Part shown: positions 51,952 through 64,000 of the stretch, piece after piece | Numbering within the stretch: position 1 is the stretch's first letter | How the letters are laid out: each line of letters opens with the position of its first letter | Source of the DNA: Lytechinus pictus | Lineage: Eukaryota | Length of the DNA stretch: 64,000 nt | Assembly (NCBI RefSeq): GCF_037042905.1 | Contig: NW_026974140.1 | Location: forward strand, 62,001-126,000 | Reading direction: 5' to 3' | Notes under the pieces: generated by a model | Database searches by the model: none | Seen by the model: only the letters and a program-made list of their open reading frames with translations | What the model was told of the DNA's origin: nothing | Position numbers and translations under genes: made by a program

Positions 51952-54900
51952 ATATGAAAAACATAGTAACAGGACATAATGAGATACAAAAAAGAACAAA
52001 TAAAAAGTAAACATACGATAATATGTTACGATATACAAATGGCAAGATACATCATATAAATATGCAAAATACAAACATTAAAAGCTGGTCCTCCTCAGGG
52101 CTCTTTCATAAAAAAAAACACATTTAAAAAGATAAATAATTGTTAAAACATAAGGCGATGCATTAAACAGTACTAATAAGTTTAATTTTGGAATAAAAAA
52201 CCAAGCAGAAGACATACCACATCATTTGTTCATTTAATCACTGATATATATCGAGAAAAAAAACCGACACGACATACTGTTCAAATATATGGGATGAAGC
52301 GTGGGGGAATAACAAAAGGACAAGAAGGAATAGGAATCGAGATTAAGCGTATTTTAGGAACGGCGCTGACAATGGAATATTCAATGATAGTAAGTGTTAT
52401 AGCAAGTTCAATTCGAATTCAAATTCAAATTCATTTATTTCACTTCCATCAAACAAAAACAAATTGTATACCATATATAAAACATAAATATTTGTATCCG
52501 TTGCAAACAAAATTAATTATACATATGTAGTGAAAAAAAAACACTTAGACGATTTGGGCAACACATTGTAGGTTTTAAGTATATATACTATTTTTCAATA
52601 GAAATTAAATTAAGATGGAAATGGAGGGACCCACTAAAAAGCAATGCTTGTACAATGTGGGCCCCTCAAGAAATAGATAACACAACAAATAACAAAATAA
52701 CAAAGTATAAATACAGATAATCAAATGAGAAAAGAATGAATAAATGAGAGGGAAATACTCACAAAATAAATACAAAGTAATAAAAAATATACAGTTTGGT
52801 GAAGGACAAAACAACCCGTCCTAAAAATATCTACCCTTCCCACCCCCCCCCCCCCCAGAAAAACTTGAGAAGAAAAAAAAAAGGGAAAAAGGGGGAGAAT
52901 GCCCTGAGAAGATGGATGGGTGCTGCTGTACGTAGATAGAACACATGCCGTCGTGGACTCAAGCAAACTGGATTCAATGATGTGTATAAGAGGAGAAAAA
53001 ATATATAAAATAACCTGGAAAGAATATAATGCACGAAAAATGTGATTGATGCCGTTAAACAAATAACCGGTAGGAAGGCGGATAAGCGGACTGGAGAGGA
53101 CAAAATAGAGGAGAGGATAGACACAAGTTCATACTGATTAAAATGAACGATGTGATTTGTCTACATGTGTTTAAGTTGGTATTTGAAAGGGTGAACAAAT
53201 TTTGAAAACCTTACATGGTCACGCAGTTGGTTTCAATTGAAAGAGCCTCGAAACAGGAAAGAAATTTTTTTTTAAATAAAAGTTCGTACAACATTTTGGA
53301 AATCTCAAAAGCGATTTGTTCTAACTACGTGTGGTTCTCGAAGAAACATCATCGATAAAAAATAAAAATTATATCGGATGAAATGGCGGGCAATAATATT
53401 TGGTGACACATTTTATAGGCCCACATAAGAACGCATGAGGTTCCATAGAGAACTTTAGAGAGGGCCAATTCAGTTCTTTAAACACGATTTATTGCTAAAT
53501 CAAGAGTTGAATTATAAAACTGAGTGGTGTGTGAAACATGAAATAGATAATGTTGGCTAAATATTAGAAAAACGGAAACCTAGGTAAAATAAAATTGCCG
53601 TTTTCTGCGGGGGAAAAGGACATGTGACCTACAAAAGGCGGCTTGCAAGACAAAAGAGGAGCTATTATTGGTGGGCCGATTGCAACGGAAGCACATCCAC
53701 AAACGTGTGCACATTGACAACTAACGTCAATAGAGGGCATCAATCAACTTATTAAATTTGGCGGGATATTAAAACAAGTAGAAGCAAAACAACTTGAAAA
53801 CTTGTCACAGGTTTGGTCACGCTTATTCGTTAGATGTTCTACTCTTAAATTAATGAAATGGCAAATCTACGAGCTCACGTCGTTCCTGCGGAACGTCGTC
53901 GCGGAATGGTTCTAGTCTGTGACGGCTACAGATACCAGAGAAATAAAACTATTGCAGGAACAAAAATCTACTGGCGGTGCAGTTTGCCAGCATGTAGAGT
54001 CCCAATACAGACCAACGATTTTGACCCAGATGGTGAAGTCATCTTACTCGGCAACCAGTTCCCAGAGCACGCACATCAGCCTGATAATGAAAGACTTGGT
54101 AGATTTGCCTTTCTTCGGAAAGTAAAGTCCATCATCAGAAGAGACCCATCAATTCCAACCAGAATGGCATACGACCAAGTATTCGCCATACTCCCCATTC
54201 ATGAAAGGATCAATGTTCCTATGTTCGAAGAAATTCGAAGTTCCCTTCAGCGCTGCAGGGCATCGTTACTCCCCGCTCTCCCACGTAATATTGCATAAGT
54301 GAATATCCAGGGAACATGGGCGGAATCTTGGGAAGGAGACAGAAAGCTGCTAGCAATAAACAATGATGTTGGAGTGGCTATCTTCGCAAGCAGGCAAGAA
54401 CTCCAAATTCTTGGACAGTTCAACGAAGTGTACATTGATGGCACTTTTCATACAGCGCCTACCCCCTATACCCAGATCGTGACTCTTCATGGTCGATATC
54501 GTGGATGGGTTCTAGCCCTTGGAATGTGTATGGTCACAGGAAAGCGTGAAGATCAGTATAGATACATTCTGCAAGAAATAAAGAGAGGAGTTCTTGATGC
54601 CACAGAGGCACCATTTACACCACATATGGTGATCACCGATTTCGAAGTGGGGCTAATGAATGCAATCAGATCGGAGCTACCAAATGCACTTAGGAGAGGT
54701 TGCTACTTCCATTTTTGTCAGAGTCTATGGCGAAAAGTTGCTGAGCTTGGCTTGAAGGTTGCATTCAACGTACATCCTCTCCTACAAAAAGTTCTGGGCA
54801 ACATTCTGTCTCTCGGTCATCTTCCGGTTGCACACATTGCGATGAACTTTCAGTAAGTAAAATTCCTTCCTCACCCCCCCCCCCCCCTCCCAAAGAAGGA

Positions 54901-55499
54901 AAAAGATAAGAAAAGCATTACGGGCCTCTGTAGGTCTATATATATTCATAAAATGTAAGCCTAATACAACGATGCGAATGAAAAGGAAAATATTGCAAAT
55001 AGAAGAAAAATATCTTTGAAATCATATTCAGAAACAATGCAGCATTCAATATTTTAAGAAAAAATATATTCGAAATATTTATTAGATTTAATGTGATCTT
55101 TTAAGTCTTCTCATGGGTAAATTGTTAAGATATGTGGAAATATTGCTGAGATGTTGCCTTTTTTTTTCAGGACATACACCAACAGCAGACATGTTCAGGA
55201 GATGGTGCAGCAGTATCCAGCACTGCGAACGTTCTTCGCGTATGTGGAACAGACATATGTTAATGGACCTGTCTTCTCAGTCCATTTCTGGAATGAGTAC
55301 AACCGCACCATGGAGACAAGAACAAACAACTACTGCAAAAGTAAGACAAACTGACGGTCTTCCACGGACAAAACTAAGTGTTCAATTTTGTATCCTTCAA
55401 ATGCAAATTGAAATCTGGGCACAACTGATTTTAACCCTAATATTTCTGGCTCCATAAACAATGATAAAGGGTGAAGGTAACTACATCTTGCACCCTTAA

Positions 55500-56096
55500 A
55501 GGACAAGTTCACCCCAACAAAAAGTTGATTTTAATAAAAAGCAAAAAATCCAACAAGCACTACACTGAAAATTTCATCAAAATCGGATGTAAAATGGGAA
55601 AGTTATGACATTTTAAAGTTTTGCTTAATTTCACTAAAAAGTTATATGCACATCCTGGTGGGTATGCAAATGAGGAGACTGATGACGTCATCCACTCTCT
55701 ATTTCTTTTGTATTTCATTATATTGAAAATGAAATATTCTTATTTTCTCCTTACTTTGAAGTGAAACAACGATTAATTCCTCCCTGAACAAATGGAATGA
55801 GTATTGTTTTATATTATATGGTTCAGTCAAGTTGGACCTTATTGTCAAATCTGTATTTAAAAAATGAAATAATGTATAATTCAAACAATACAAAACAAAG
55901 AAATAGTGAGTGAGGGACGTCATCGACTGTCTCATTTGAGTTGTGCATATCACTTATTTGTGAAAAATAAGCAAAACTTAAAGTTTCAAAAATTTCTTAT
56001 TTTACATCCGCTTTTGATGAAATTTTCAGAGTTTTGCTAGTTTGATTTTTTTTTATTTATTCAACTCAACATTTTTTCTGGGTTGGACTTGACCTT
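55500..56096. mobile_element. Kolobok-like MITE in transposase intron 2
   Basis: TTAA|AGGACAAGTTCACCCCA ... GGGTTGGACTTGACCTT|TTAA; similar to 618-1365. Confidence 0.7.
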
Positions 56097-56177
56097 TTAA
56101 GATGAGGAGTTGTACCATTTAGGGAAGGTGCAAACGAGTAGACAAAACAAATCAGATGTTGTAAGCCAGGGTAACTC

Positions 56178-56328
56178 TAGGTTCTTGTCGAGGCCCTGCC
56201 GAGCAAAGTGAGGGATATAGCGAAGCAGAGTGCACCTCGCTGCGTTCATCAGGGCTAATTCGCGAAGCAAATTAGAAAATCCCTCGCTTCGCCCGGGAAG
56301 CAGCCGCCAGGGCCTCGACAAGAGGCTA
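56178..56328. mobile_element. 151-bp TAG-terminated MITE with a 9-bp TSD
   Basis: TAGGTTCTTGTCGAGGCCCTG ... CAGGGCCTCGACAAGAGGCTA; GGGTAACTC at 56169-56177 and 56329-56337. Confidence 0.8.
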
Positions 56329-57031
56329 GGGTAACTCCCTAATAAAGTCGGACGGATTCTGCCTGAATATGGCCTGATTCGAAAGGATTCGGGGAATTCG
56401 GAACCTATTTGGCTAGGATTCGGGAACTCCCCGAATCAGAATTCCAAGAATTGACTTCTCTTCCCTTCCTTGCTCGCCTCGCCGATTTAAACCAAAATGC
56501 GTTGGTCATTAATGTTCGCCTGACTCTAAAAGCAATGTCAATAGTTATACCCGTTAATGGACCTACCGATACCTCATGTAAATAAGTTATTTTTTGTAAG
56601 AGTTTTTATACATACGTATCAGGGGCGTAGCTACGGGGGGGGGGGGGTGACCGCCAATGTTCCCCATGAAAAAAATCACCTTCATTTTAACTGGGTATAT
56701 TATAATTTTGAATTGAGTTGATTTTGCAAAGCGTTTCGTTGACTTTTACTGGCATGAAATCAACTCTTTCTTCTTTAAACAGCCTTTCACAACAGATGGA
56801 ACAAGTGTTTGGCTGTTCCACATCCAAACATCTGGCGTGTGATACGCCGTATCAAAGATGAGGGTAGCAGAACCCTGAACCTTCTTCAGCGGGTGGAGAG
56901 AGGAGATCGGCTCCCCAGGAGAAGGAGAAAGTGGAGGGAATTGGCGCGAAGGATAACTCGAGTTCGGAGAGAATTCGAACGAGGAGATAGGAATCTCATT
57001 TCATTGTGGAACGCCGCTGTTCATTTTAGCT

Positions 57032-58320
57032 AAACATACATTTAACATGTTTAATAAGCTCACTTTTTTAGAACAGTGTTAAGTAATAATTACATGACAA
57101 TCACGACGTGAATGATTCTATAGAGTTTGTCGTTTTCCTTTACCATGCAATGTCTTATCAAAGATCAATATATATCAAGCAGAGAAAAATTGTCGAGTTT
57201 ATTATTGAAAGTGCTAAAAAATTATATAATTACAGTGAAAAAGGTGAATGAGTATTCACGACTTAATTGTCGTTTCAGCAAAACATACATTTAACATGTT
57301 TGATAAGCTCACATTATTTTAGAACAGTGTTAAGTAATAATGACATGAAAAATCTACGACGTGAATGATGCTATATAGTGTGTCATTTTCCTTTACCATA
57401 CAGTGTCTTATCAAAGATCAATATATATCAAGCAGAGAAAAGTTGTCGAGTTTATTATTTAAAGTGCTAAAAATAATATAATTACAGTGAAAAGGTGAAT
57501 GAGTATGCAGGACTTAAATTTGTCTATACTTTGTCGTTTCAGCAAAACATACATTTAACATGTTTAATAAGCTCCCATTTTTTTTTTTTGAACAGTGCTA
57601 AGTAATAATGACATGACAATCACGACGTGAATTATTCTATATAGTGTATCATTTTCCTTTACCATGCAATGTCTTATCAAAGATCAATATATATCAAGCA
57701 CAAAAAGGTTGTCAAGTTTATTATTATAAAGTGATAAAAAATTATATAATTACAGTGAAAATAGTGAATGAGTATTCACGACTTAAATTTGTCTATACTT
57801 TGTCGTTTCAGCAAAACATACATTTAACATGTTTAATAAGCTCACATTTTGTTTTTTTAGAACAGTGCTAAGTAATAATTACATGACAATCACGACGTGA
57901 ATGATTCTATATAGTGTGTCATTTTCCTTTACCATGCAATGTCTTATCAAAGATCAATTTATATCAAGCACAGAAACGTTGTCAAGTTTATTATTATAAA
58001 GTGATAAAAAATTATATAATTACAGTGAAAATAGTGAATAAGTATTCACGACTTAAATTGTCTATAGTTTGTGGTTTCAGCAAAAAATGCATTTAACATG
58101 TTTAATAAGCTCACAATTTTGTTTTTTTTAGAACAGTGCTAAGTAATAATGACATGACAATCACGACGTGAATGATTCTATATAGTGTGTCATCTTCCGT
58201 TGTCGAGTTTATTATTTTAAAGTGATAAATAATTATAGAATTACAGTGAAAATTGTGAATGAGTATTCCCGACCTAAATTTGTATATAGTATGTCATTTT
58301 CATTTCTCCGTCAATGTCTA
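57032..58320. repeat. tandem array of about five 250-270-bp units directly after the transposase stop
   Basis: Units start AAACATACATTTAACATGTTT at about 57032, 57281, 57545, 57814 and 58084; degenerate copies continue to about 59480. Confidence 0.9.
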
Positions 58321-58370
58321 ATCAAAGATTTGAATAGTAATGACAGACGAGTTTCTACGTTTTTATATTT

Positions 58371-59154
58371 GAAGAGTTTAGTTACAAATGGGGTTAGGTC
58401 CACTTTTTACCATTCCGAGAAAAATCACGTTTTTTAGTCTTACTTATTGCAATACTCTTATGAGAAACTCAATTGTCATGATGTACTACCCTATCATGTG
58501 AACATAAAATGGGGTATAAAAGAAATATACCACTCTTCATTTTTTTCTATATATTCCTTAAAAAATATCATTGTGGACCTAACCCCTTTTGCAACTAAAC
58601 TGAAATAAATCAAATGTATTATGATTAGAAAGGTGATATTTCTTTGCCACTTTTATTCACGTTTTCATGTGAATTTCAAATTTTCGTTGTTTTTATCAGA
58701 AAGACTAAAAATTATGAGGTTTTGAGACAGAAAATAAAAATTTATGAACAGTGGACCTAACCCCCTTTGACAAATTAGCTATTCAGAATAGTTTGCTCGC
58801 AAAAGGGGTTAGATCCACTCCAAGAAAATCTCTTTTTTAATTCGCCCATATTGCAATATTCTTATGCGAAACTAAATTTTCGTGATACCCTACCATGAGA
58901 ACATAAATTTGTGTATAAAAGAAATCCACCTGTCTTCATATTTTTGTAAATATTCTTTTCCAAAAGAATTATGTGTGGACCTAACCCCTTTTGAAAAAAG
59001 GTGATTTTTCTTTGCGATTTAGATCACTTTTTAATGGGAATTTCAACTTTTCTTTGGTATCATCTTATAGAGCTACTACAAATCTATACATTAAGAAAAA
59101 AAAAATCAAATTTGATGAAAAATTGACCTAACCCCTTTTGCAAGTGAGCTCTTC
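58371..59154. mobile_element. Sola-like MITE, copy 2 (inverted relative to copy 1)
   Basis: Reverse complement of 51178-51951; flanks ATTT / ATTA. Confidence 0.7.
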
Positions 59155-59584
59155 ATTAAAAAGGAAAGCGTTCAGAAACATTATTTCATCATAGTGAGTG
59201 GATATTCATGACTTAAACATATTCAATGTTTCTATAGTTTGTTATTTTCTTTTCTGCAACAATGGTTTATCAAAGATTTCTATGTAGTAAGAACAGAAAA
59301 GTCGTTGAGTTTAATATTTTAAAAATGGTTGAAATACATTTGATCACAGTGAAATAATTATCACGACTGAAATGTTTCTGTTTTTTTCCATTTTCTTTTC
59401 TGCAACAATGCCTTATCAACGATTCTGTTTAAAATTGTTGTTTTTGACAGTGAAAGGATATTCACTACTTAAATGTTTCTTAAGGTCGTCATTTTCTTTT
59501 CTCGAGCAAGATGACATGTTTTCAATACCCAGAATTGGATAAAGTTTTAACCAATTTTTGTGTGGACAGTGTGTTGTCCAACAT

Positions 59585-60170
59585 TTAAGAGTGTATATTG
59601 GAGACATTTCTGAAAGATGTCCATGTTTTATTTGTGACTATTATTTATGTTAAATTGTTTGACATGTTTGAGATAGTTAATAAAAGAGTTATTACTGTTT
59701 AAATCCTGTTGATTATCTTCTTAGTGCATTTTCAGGAATGGGTGATGTGTATATTTGCATTTTAGAGGCATCCCACAATTCACATTATTATCTACGTCAT
59801 GCAGGATTAATCCTGATGATGATTCAGAAAAGGAGAGGAGTAGGCAAGGGACGTATATGGGCAATTCCATAAAATAACCTTTTGTACGTCCGACCCCCAT
59901 TTTCTCAAGTTTTACTTCACTTCATAAACTGACCAAGTCATGGTCATTTGGGAGCTTACAGACTGTCAAAAGAACAAGAAATCAGAGACAGAAAAAGTCA
60001 TGAAAGTCCAACATATAGGGCTTATTAATCAATAACACACTAACATTGTAACGATTATATCACAGTGTGTCAGAGTGTGGGGGTGTGTGACTGTGTGAGT
60101 TTGTGTTTTGGTGTGGGTGGTTGCGTGGGTGTGTTCGGGTGTACTGAGGCGATCGGGTTAGTACAAAGAT
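59585..60170 (+). repeat. segment duplicated at 63415-64000
   Basis: Near-identical direct repeat starting TTAAGAGTGTATATTGG; about 5 differences counted. Confidence 0.95.
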
Positions 60171-60654
60171 ATCCTAAAATAATGTCCTTCACTATCATGA
60201 CTATTGTCTGCGTCCGTGTAAACTCACTTTTTATCTGGTCTTCGACGTCATATCACATTTCAATGGTATGCAAGTTTATTGTTGACATGTAGGATGTCTG
60301 AATTGAGACTACCTTATATGCAGGACAGAGGCCGGGGAGGGGGGGGGGTGTGGGAGTTCCCTGGAGGAAAAGTGAAGGAAAGGAGGAAAGGTTTATAATT
60401 TTTTTTTAAAGGTATATCCCATTTTTTTGTCAATTTAAACAGATTATTGTGCTCACGATGCGATTTTTGTAGCTTTCAGCGAGATACGCGATTACGCATT
60501 CTTTTCATGATTACAAAAGTACTGAATATGGAAAAAAATGTTTAGCTTGCGCTACGAGCTCCCATCATTTGATTAGAGAGATTTATATCCCATTCCTGGA
60601 CTCCAAGTAATAATCTTTGAAATATCCACTTTTCTTGTCAGTCGGCCACTCTGC

Positions 60655-60662
60655 CTATATAC

Positions 60663-60757
<95 letters not shown>
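60655..60757. repeat. (AT)n microsatellite
   Basis: Direct reading. Confidence 0.95.
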
Positions 60758-60758
<1 letters not shown>

Positions 60759-63414
60759 AATATTTAAAACTCTTTGCATTCGCATTAATTGTTTTGTTTA
60801 GATGCTCACCCTATTCATGATTACAAAAGAAGTTTAAGTTGCTAGAGCTAAATCGACCATGCTCCAAAATCTTGCTCGCTTCACTCAGGCAGGGGTGGCG
60901 GAACCGGGGACAGGGGGGGGGGGGGTGGGTGGAAACTTGCCCCAAAAATCCCGTCGGAAAAAAAAGGGACCTTTTCAAAATGGAATACCCTTTTGGGCTC
61001 GCGCTTATTAGCACTCGCATCAGTTATTTTTTTTTACAAGAATGCTTAGAATGTCCAGTTTTCAGGTTGGAAAATCGGAAAAATTTGGCTCACGTTTTTC
61101 GCTCGCATCAAGTATTGTTTATTGAGGAACTCATTCTATTCCTGGTTACAAAAAATGTATAAAACGTCTAGTTTTCAGGTTGGAATATCACAAATTTTAA
61201 GCTTGCGGTTCGCGCTCTCATTATTTAGTTCGTGAGATATACTATTCATGAGTCACTAAATGCAGTCCTTAAAAGGTTACTTTCTGAAGCCTGTTGCATA
61301 AAACTTTTTACCTGAGAATACTCTCGTAAAAACTGAAAACTAAGGTTAGTCTGATTTCCGCCATTGACTTTAGCACAGGACAAAAACTCCGGTAAAAACA
61401 ATCTGAGTTTTATTAGGTAAAACGTTTTATCCAACGGGGCCCCAGGTCAGTATATAAACAAATTACAGCTCGTGCTTCGCGCTCGCGTTAATTCTTTAGT
61501 AAGATACATATCTTTCTCACGATTACAAAAAATGCTCAGAATGTTTAAGTTCAAGTCTTGTTACGTGAAATGTCTACTAGTTTGAGCTTGCGATTCGCGC
61601 TTTCAACATCTCACAAGGATCATTATTAGTATTATTTTTATTTTTATTACCAGCAGAAGCTGTTATTAAAAATGACATCCCCTCCAATACAAATCCTATT
61701 ATCTGGAGGTTACTCGCACGCGACCAACAAACTTAATCCCCTGCATCCTTAAACCATTTGCTAAAGGCAGCAATTTCTCAGATAAAATCGAAATTAGCCT
61801 ATGCTTGATCCGGGCGCCTATTCTTAATGAAATACATGCTTTTTGGCCACAACACACGCATGTATCATCGATCGTTATTACTATCATTGCATAATATCGT
61901 GTTATCTTGTAATGACAACACCGTGTTTGTTACCAAAATAAATAATTATCATTTTCGGAAATACGAACCTTATTTAATTTTCGGATTAACGAACCTTATT
62001 TCGTTTTCGGATTAACGAACCTTATTTCTTTTTTGGATTAACGAACCTTCGGAATTACGAACCTTATTTCGTTTTCGGATTAACGAACCCTCGGAATTAC
62101 GAACCTTCGGAAATACGAACCTTCGGAATTACGATTGTATGCGGATGAGGTAATGTTTCGCTATGAACTTTTGAATTTTGGGTGCATTGTACTGTTAATA
62201 TTTATAAAACGTGGATTTAATTGAATTGGTTTTCACAATGATCTAGGACTTTGTTTACAACCACTGTCTGTTCTTCAGATTTTGAGTGTTATCAATCATG
62301 AGCATACGGCCACAACAATAATTATTTCTTTGTGTGCTTTTTTTCAAAAACAGTAATGTTAAAACTACACCGCCGGTTTCAAAGAGGATGATCATAACAT
62401 GGAATACCTCCATGATCATACCAAGCATTGTACACTACAGCGTATCCCACAAGCATGTCAATGGCACTTTAACTGAGTATAATGTGAAATTACTAAATCC
62501 TATTGTATATAATTTATGTAATCATAAATTAACATTTTTTCATACAACTGGCATAATGATGATGATGATGATTCTGATGGTAATAACATTAATAATAAGA
62601 AGGTGAAGGAGAATAATAATGATAATAATAGCAATAACAATAATGATAATGATTACGATAATAGAAATACTAATAATGATAATAATAATAACAATAATAA
62701 ATGAATAAATAAATAATGAGTGTGATGATTGCAGTGCGATGAGAGTTGGAAATGACAGCCTTCTTTACTCATATATTTATAACGAGAACTATTTTGTGAG
62801 AATGCTAAAAAAACAAAGTATAAGACCTTTCCACAACCCCCCCCCCTCCCCTACCCCCCAAAAATCTCCCCCAAACCGTGCACATTTGCAGGCAGAAAAA
62901 AGCCTTGACACAAGAATACTACCATACCGGCCTGCAAAAGAACCGATCGATAGCTCATGAATATTCATAAAACAATAGCGAATGGGCGAGTAGCGTTGGT
63001 TGAGAGACATCGTACCGCTCTGTCATTGGTCAATTCTGAGCTGAATGCCTTCGCACACTCGCCTTTGCTCTGCCCATAGAAGTATGTGTATTGCTACACA
63101 CAACCTTTATATCACACGTGTCTATAGGGGAAATCTTGATTCAGATCGCGGCAATATCCGAAATCAACTCTTCAAAATAATGATGCAAAAATGCCATTTT
63201 ACTAAAAAAAATGTCTATGTAAACCACTATTTTTTATATAACAAAATCAATTGTGAATTCCTTGCCAATATAACAACATAAAAAACACAAAATATAGTGT
63301 TGATTTTCTGGCTGTAAAATTGGTTGAACAAAAAAAAAGTTACTTGGGCAACTATAGCTGCCAGTGGCACTAGGGGGCTATGGGCAACTATAGCTGCCAA
63401 TGGCTCTTAAAGAG

Positions 63415-64000
63415 TTAAGAGTGTATATTGGAGAAATTTCTGAAAGATGTCCATGTTTTATTTGTGACTATTATTTATGTTAAATTGTTTGACATGTTTG
63501 AGATAGTTAATAAAAGAGTTATTACTGTTTAAATCCTGTTGATTATCTTCTTAGTGCATTTTCAGGAATGGGTGATGTGTATATTTGCATTTTAGAGGCA
63601 TCCCACAATTCACATTATTATCTACGTCATGCAGGATTAATCCTGATGATGATTCAGAAAAGGAGAGGAGTAGGCAAGGGACGTATATGGGCAATTCCAT
63701 AAAATAACCTTTTGTACGTCCGACCCCCATTTTCTCAAGTTTTACTTCACTTCATAAACTGACCAAGTCATGGTCATTTGGGAGCATTACAGACTGTCAA
63801 AAGAACAAGAAATCAGAGACAGAAAAAGTCATGAAAGTCCAACATATAGGGCTTATTAATCAACAACACACTAACATTGTAACGATTATATCACAGTGTG
63901 TCAGAGTGTTGGGGTGTGTGACTGTGTGAGTTTGTGTTTTGGTGTGGGTGGTTGCGTGGGTGTGTTCGGGTGTACTGAGGCGATCGGGTTAGTACAGAGA
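63415..64000 (+). repeat. duplicate of 59585-60170, running off the window
   Basis: Begins exactly at the TTAA flanking the piggyBac-like right end. Confidence 0.95.

Larger units (their letters stand above)
53858..57033 (+). pseudogene. three-exon FLYWCH + MULE (Mutator) transposase; exons 53858-54852, 55171-55340, 56783-57033
   Basis: DGYRY...YWRC...C...HAH (FLYWCH); YIDGTF, ITDFE, GCYFHFCQ; RTNNYCKTFHNRWN...HPNIW; GT/AG introns in phase; stop at 54296-54298 and catalytic E replaced by K. Confidence 0.9.
46860..62143. mobile_element. Phantom-like MULE (foldback TIRs) enclosing the FLYWCH-MULE transposase
   Basis: Inverted TTCGTAATTCCGAAG / TTCGTTAATCCGAA arrays at 46868-47115 and 61950-62135; 9-bp near-TSD GATGATATA / GATGAGGTA. 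Confidence 0.6.
24088..63414. mobile_element. piggyBac-ended 39.3-kb element with long inverted ends, inflated by nested insertions
   Basis: TTAA|CACGTTAAGAGCCATTGGCAGC ... GCTGCCAATGGCTCTTAAAGAG|TTAA; 24088-24660 is the reverse complement of 62553-63414 apart from a 278-bp indel. Confidence 0.65.

Noticed and set aside
51178..59154. Two inverted MITE copies as the TIRs of the MULE transposase (composite transposon)
   Set aside because: Each copy has its own TIR pair and 4-bp flanking duplication, and copy 2 interrupts the tandem array, so they are independent insertions
62230..62300. GLCLQP...FECYQ as a piggyBac cysteine-rich C-terminus
   Set aside because: Needs a frameshift and lacks the upstream CxxC; cannot be supported by eye

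Overview
AT-rich (by eye) eukaryotic, intron-containing genomic DNA made almost entirely of nested transposable elements. The SINE and MITE types suggest a marine invertebrate, probably a sea urchin (inference). No intact host gene was recognised. Main contents: (1) a Gypsy LTR element (8417-12003) whose LTRs, PBS, PPT and integrase tail are on the minus strand while an intact gag and a frameshifted protease are inverted onto the plus strand, with a canonical -1 slippery site and pseudoknot; (2) a near-intact Tx1/L1-clade LINE (12761-18348) with a ~140-nt G-U-rich hairpin in its 3' UTR; (3) a 5.2-kb piggyBac-type element with TTAT target duplications; (4) a 39.3-kb piggyBac-ended span (24088-63414) with very long inverted ends. 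This span holds a CACTG/EnSpm element, foldback MULE-type elements, hAT, Sola-like and Kolobok-like MITEs, a tRNA-derived SINE and a Phantom-like FLYWCH-MULE transposase pseudogene, and its right end is fused to a TTAA from its own interior, creating a recent duplication. All family assignments come from reading termini, TSDs and motifs by eye; no database searches were run.
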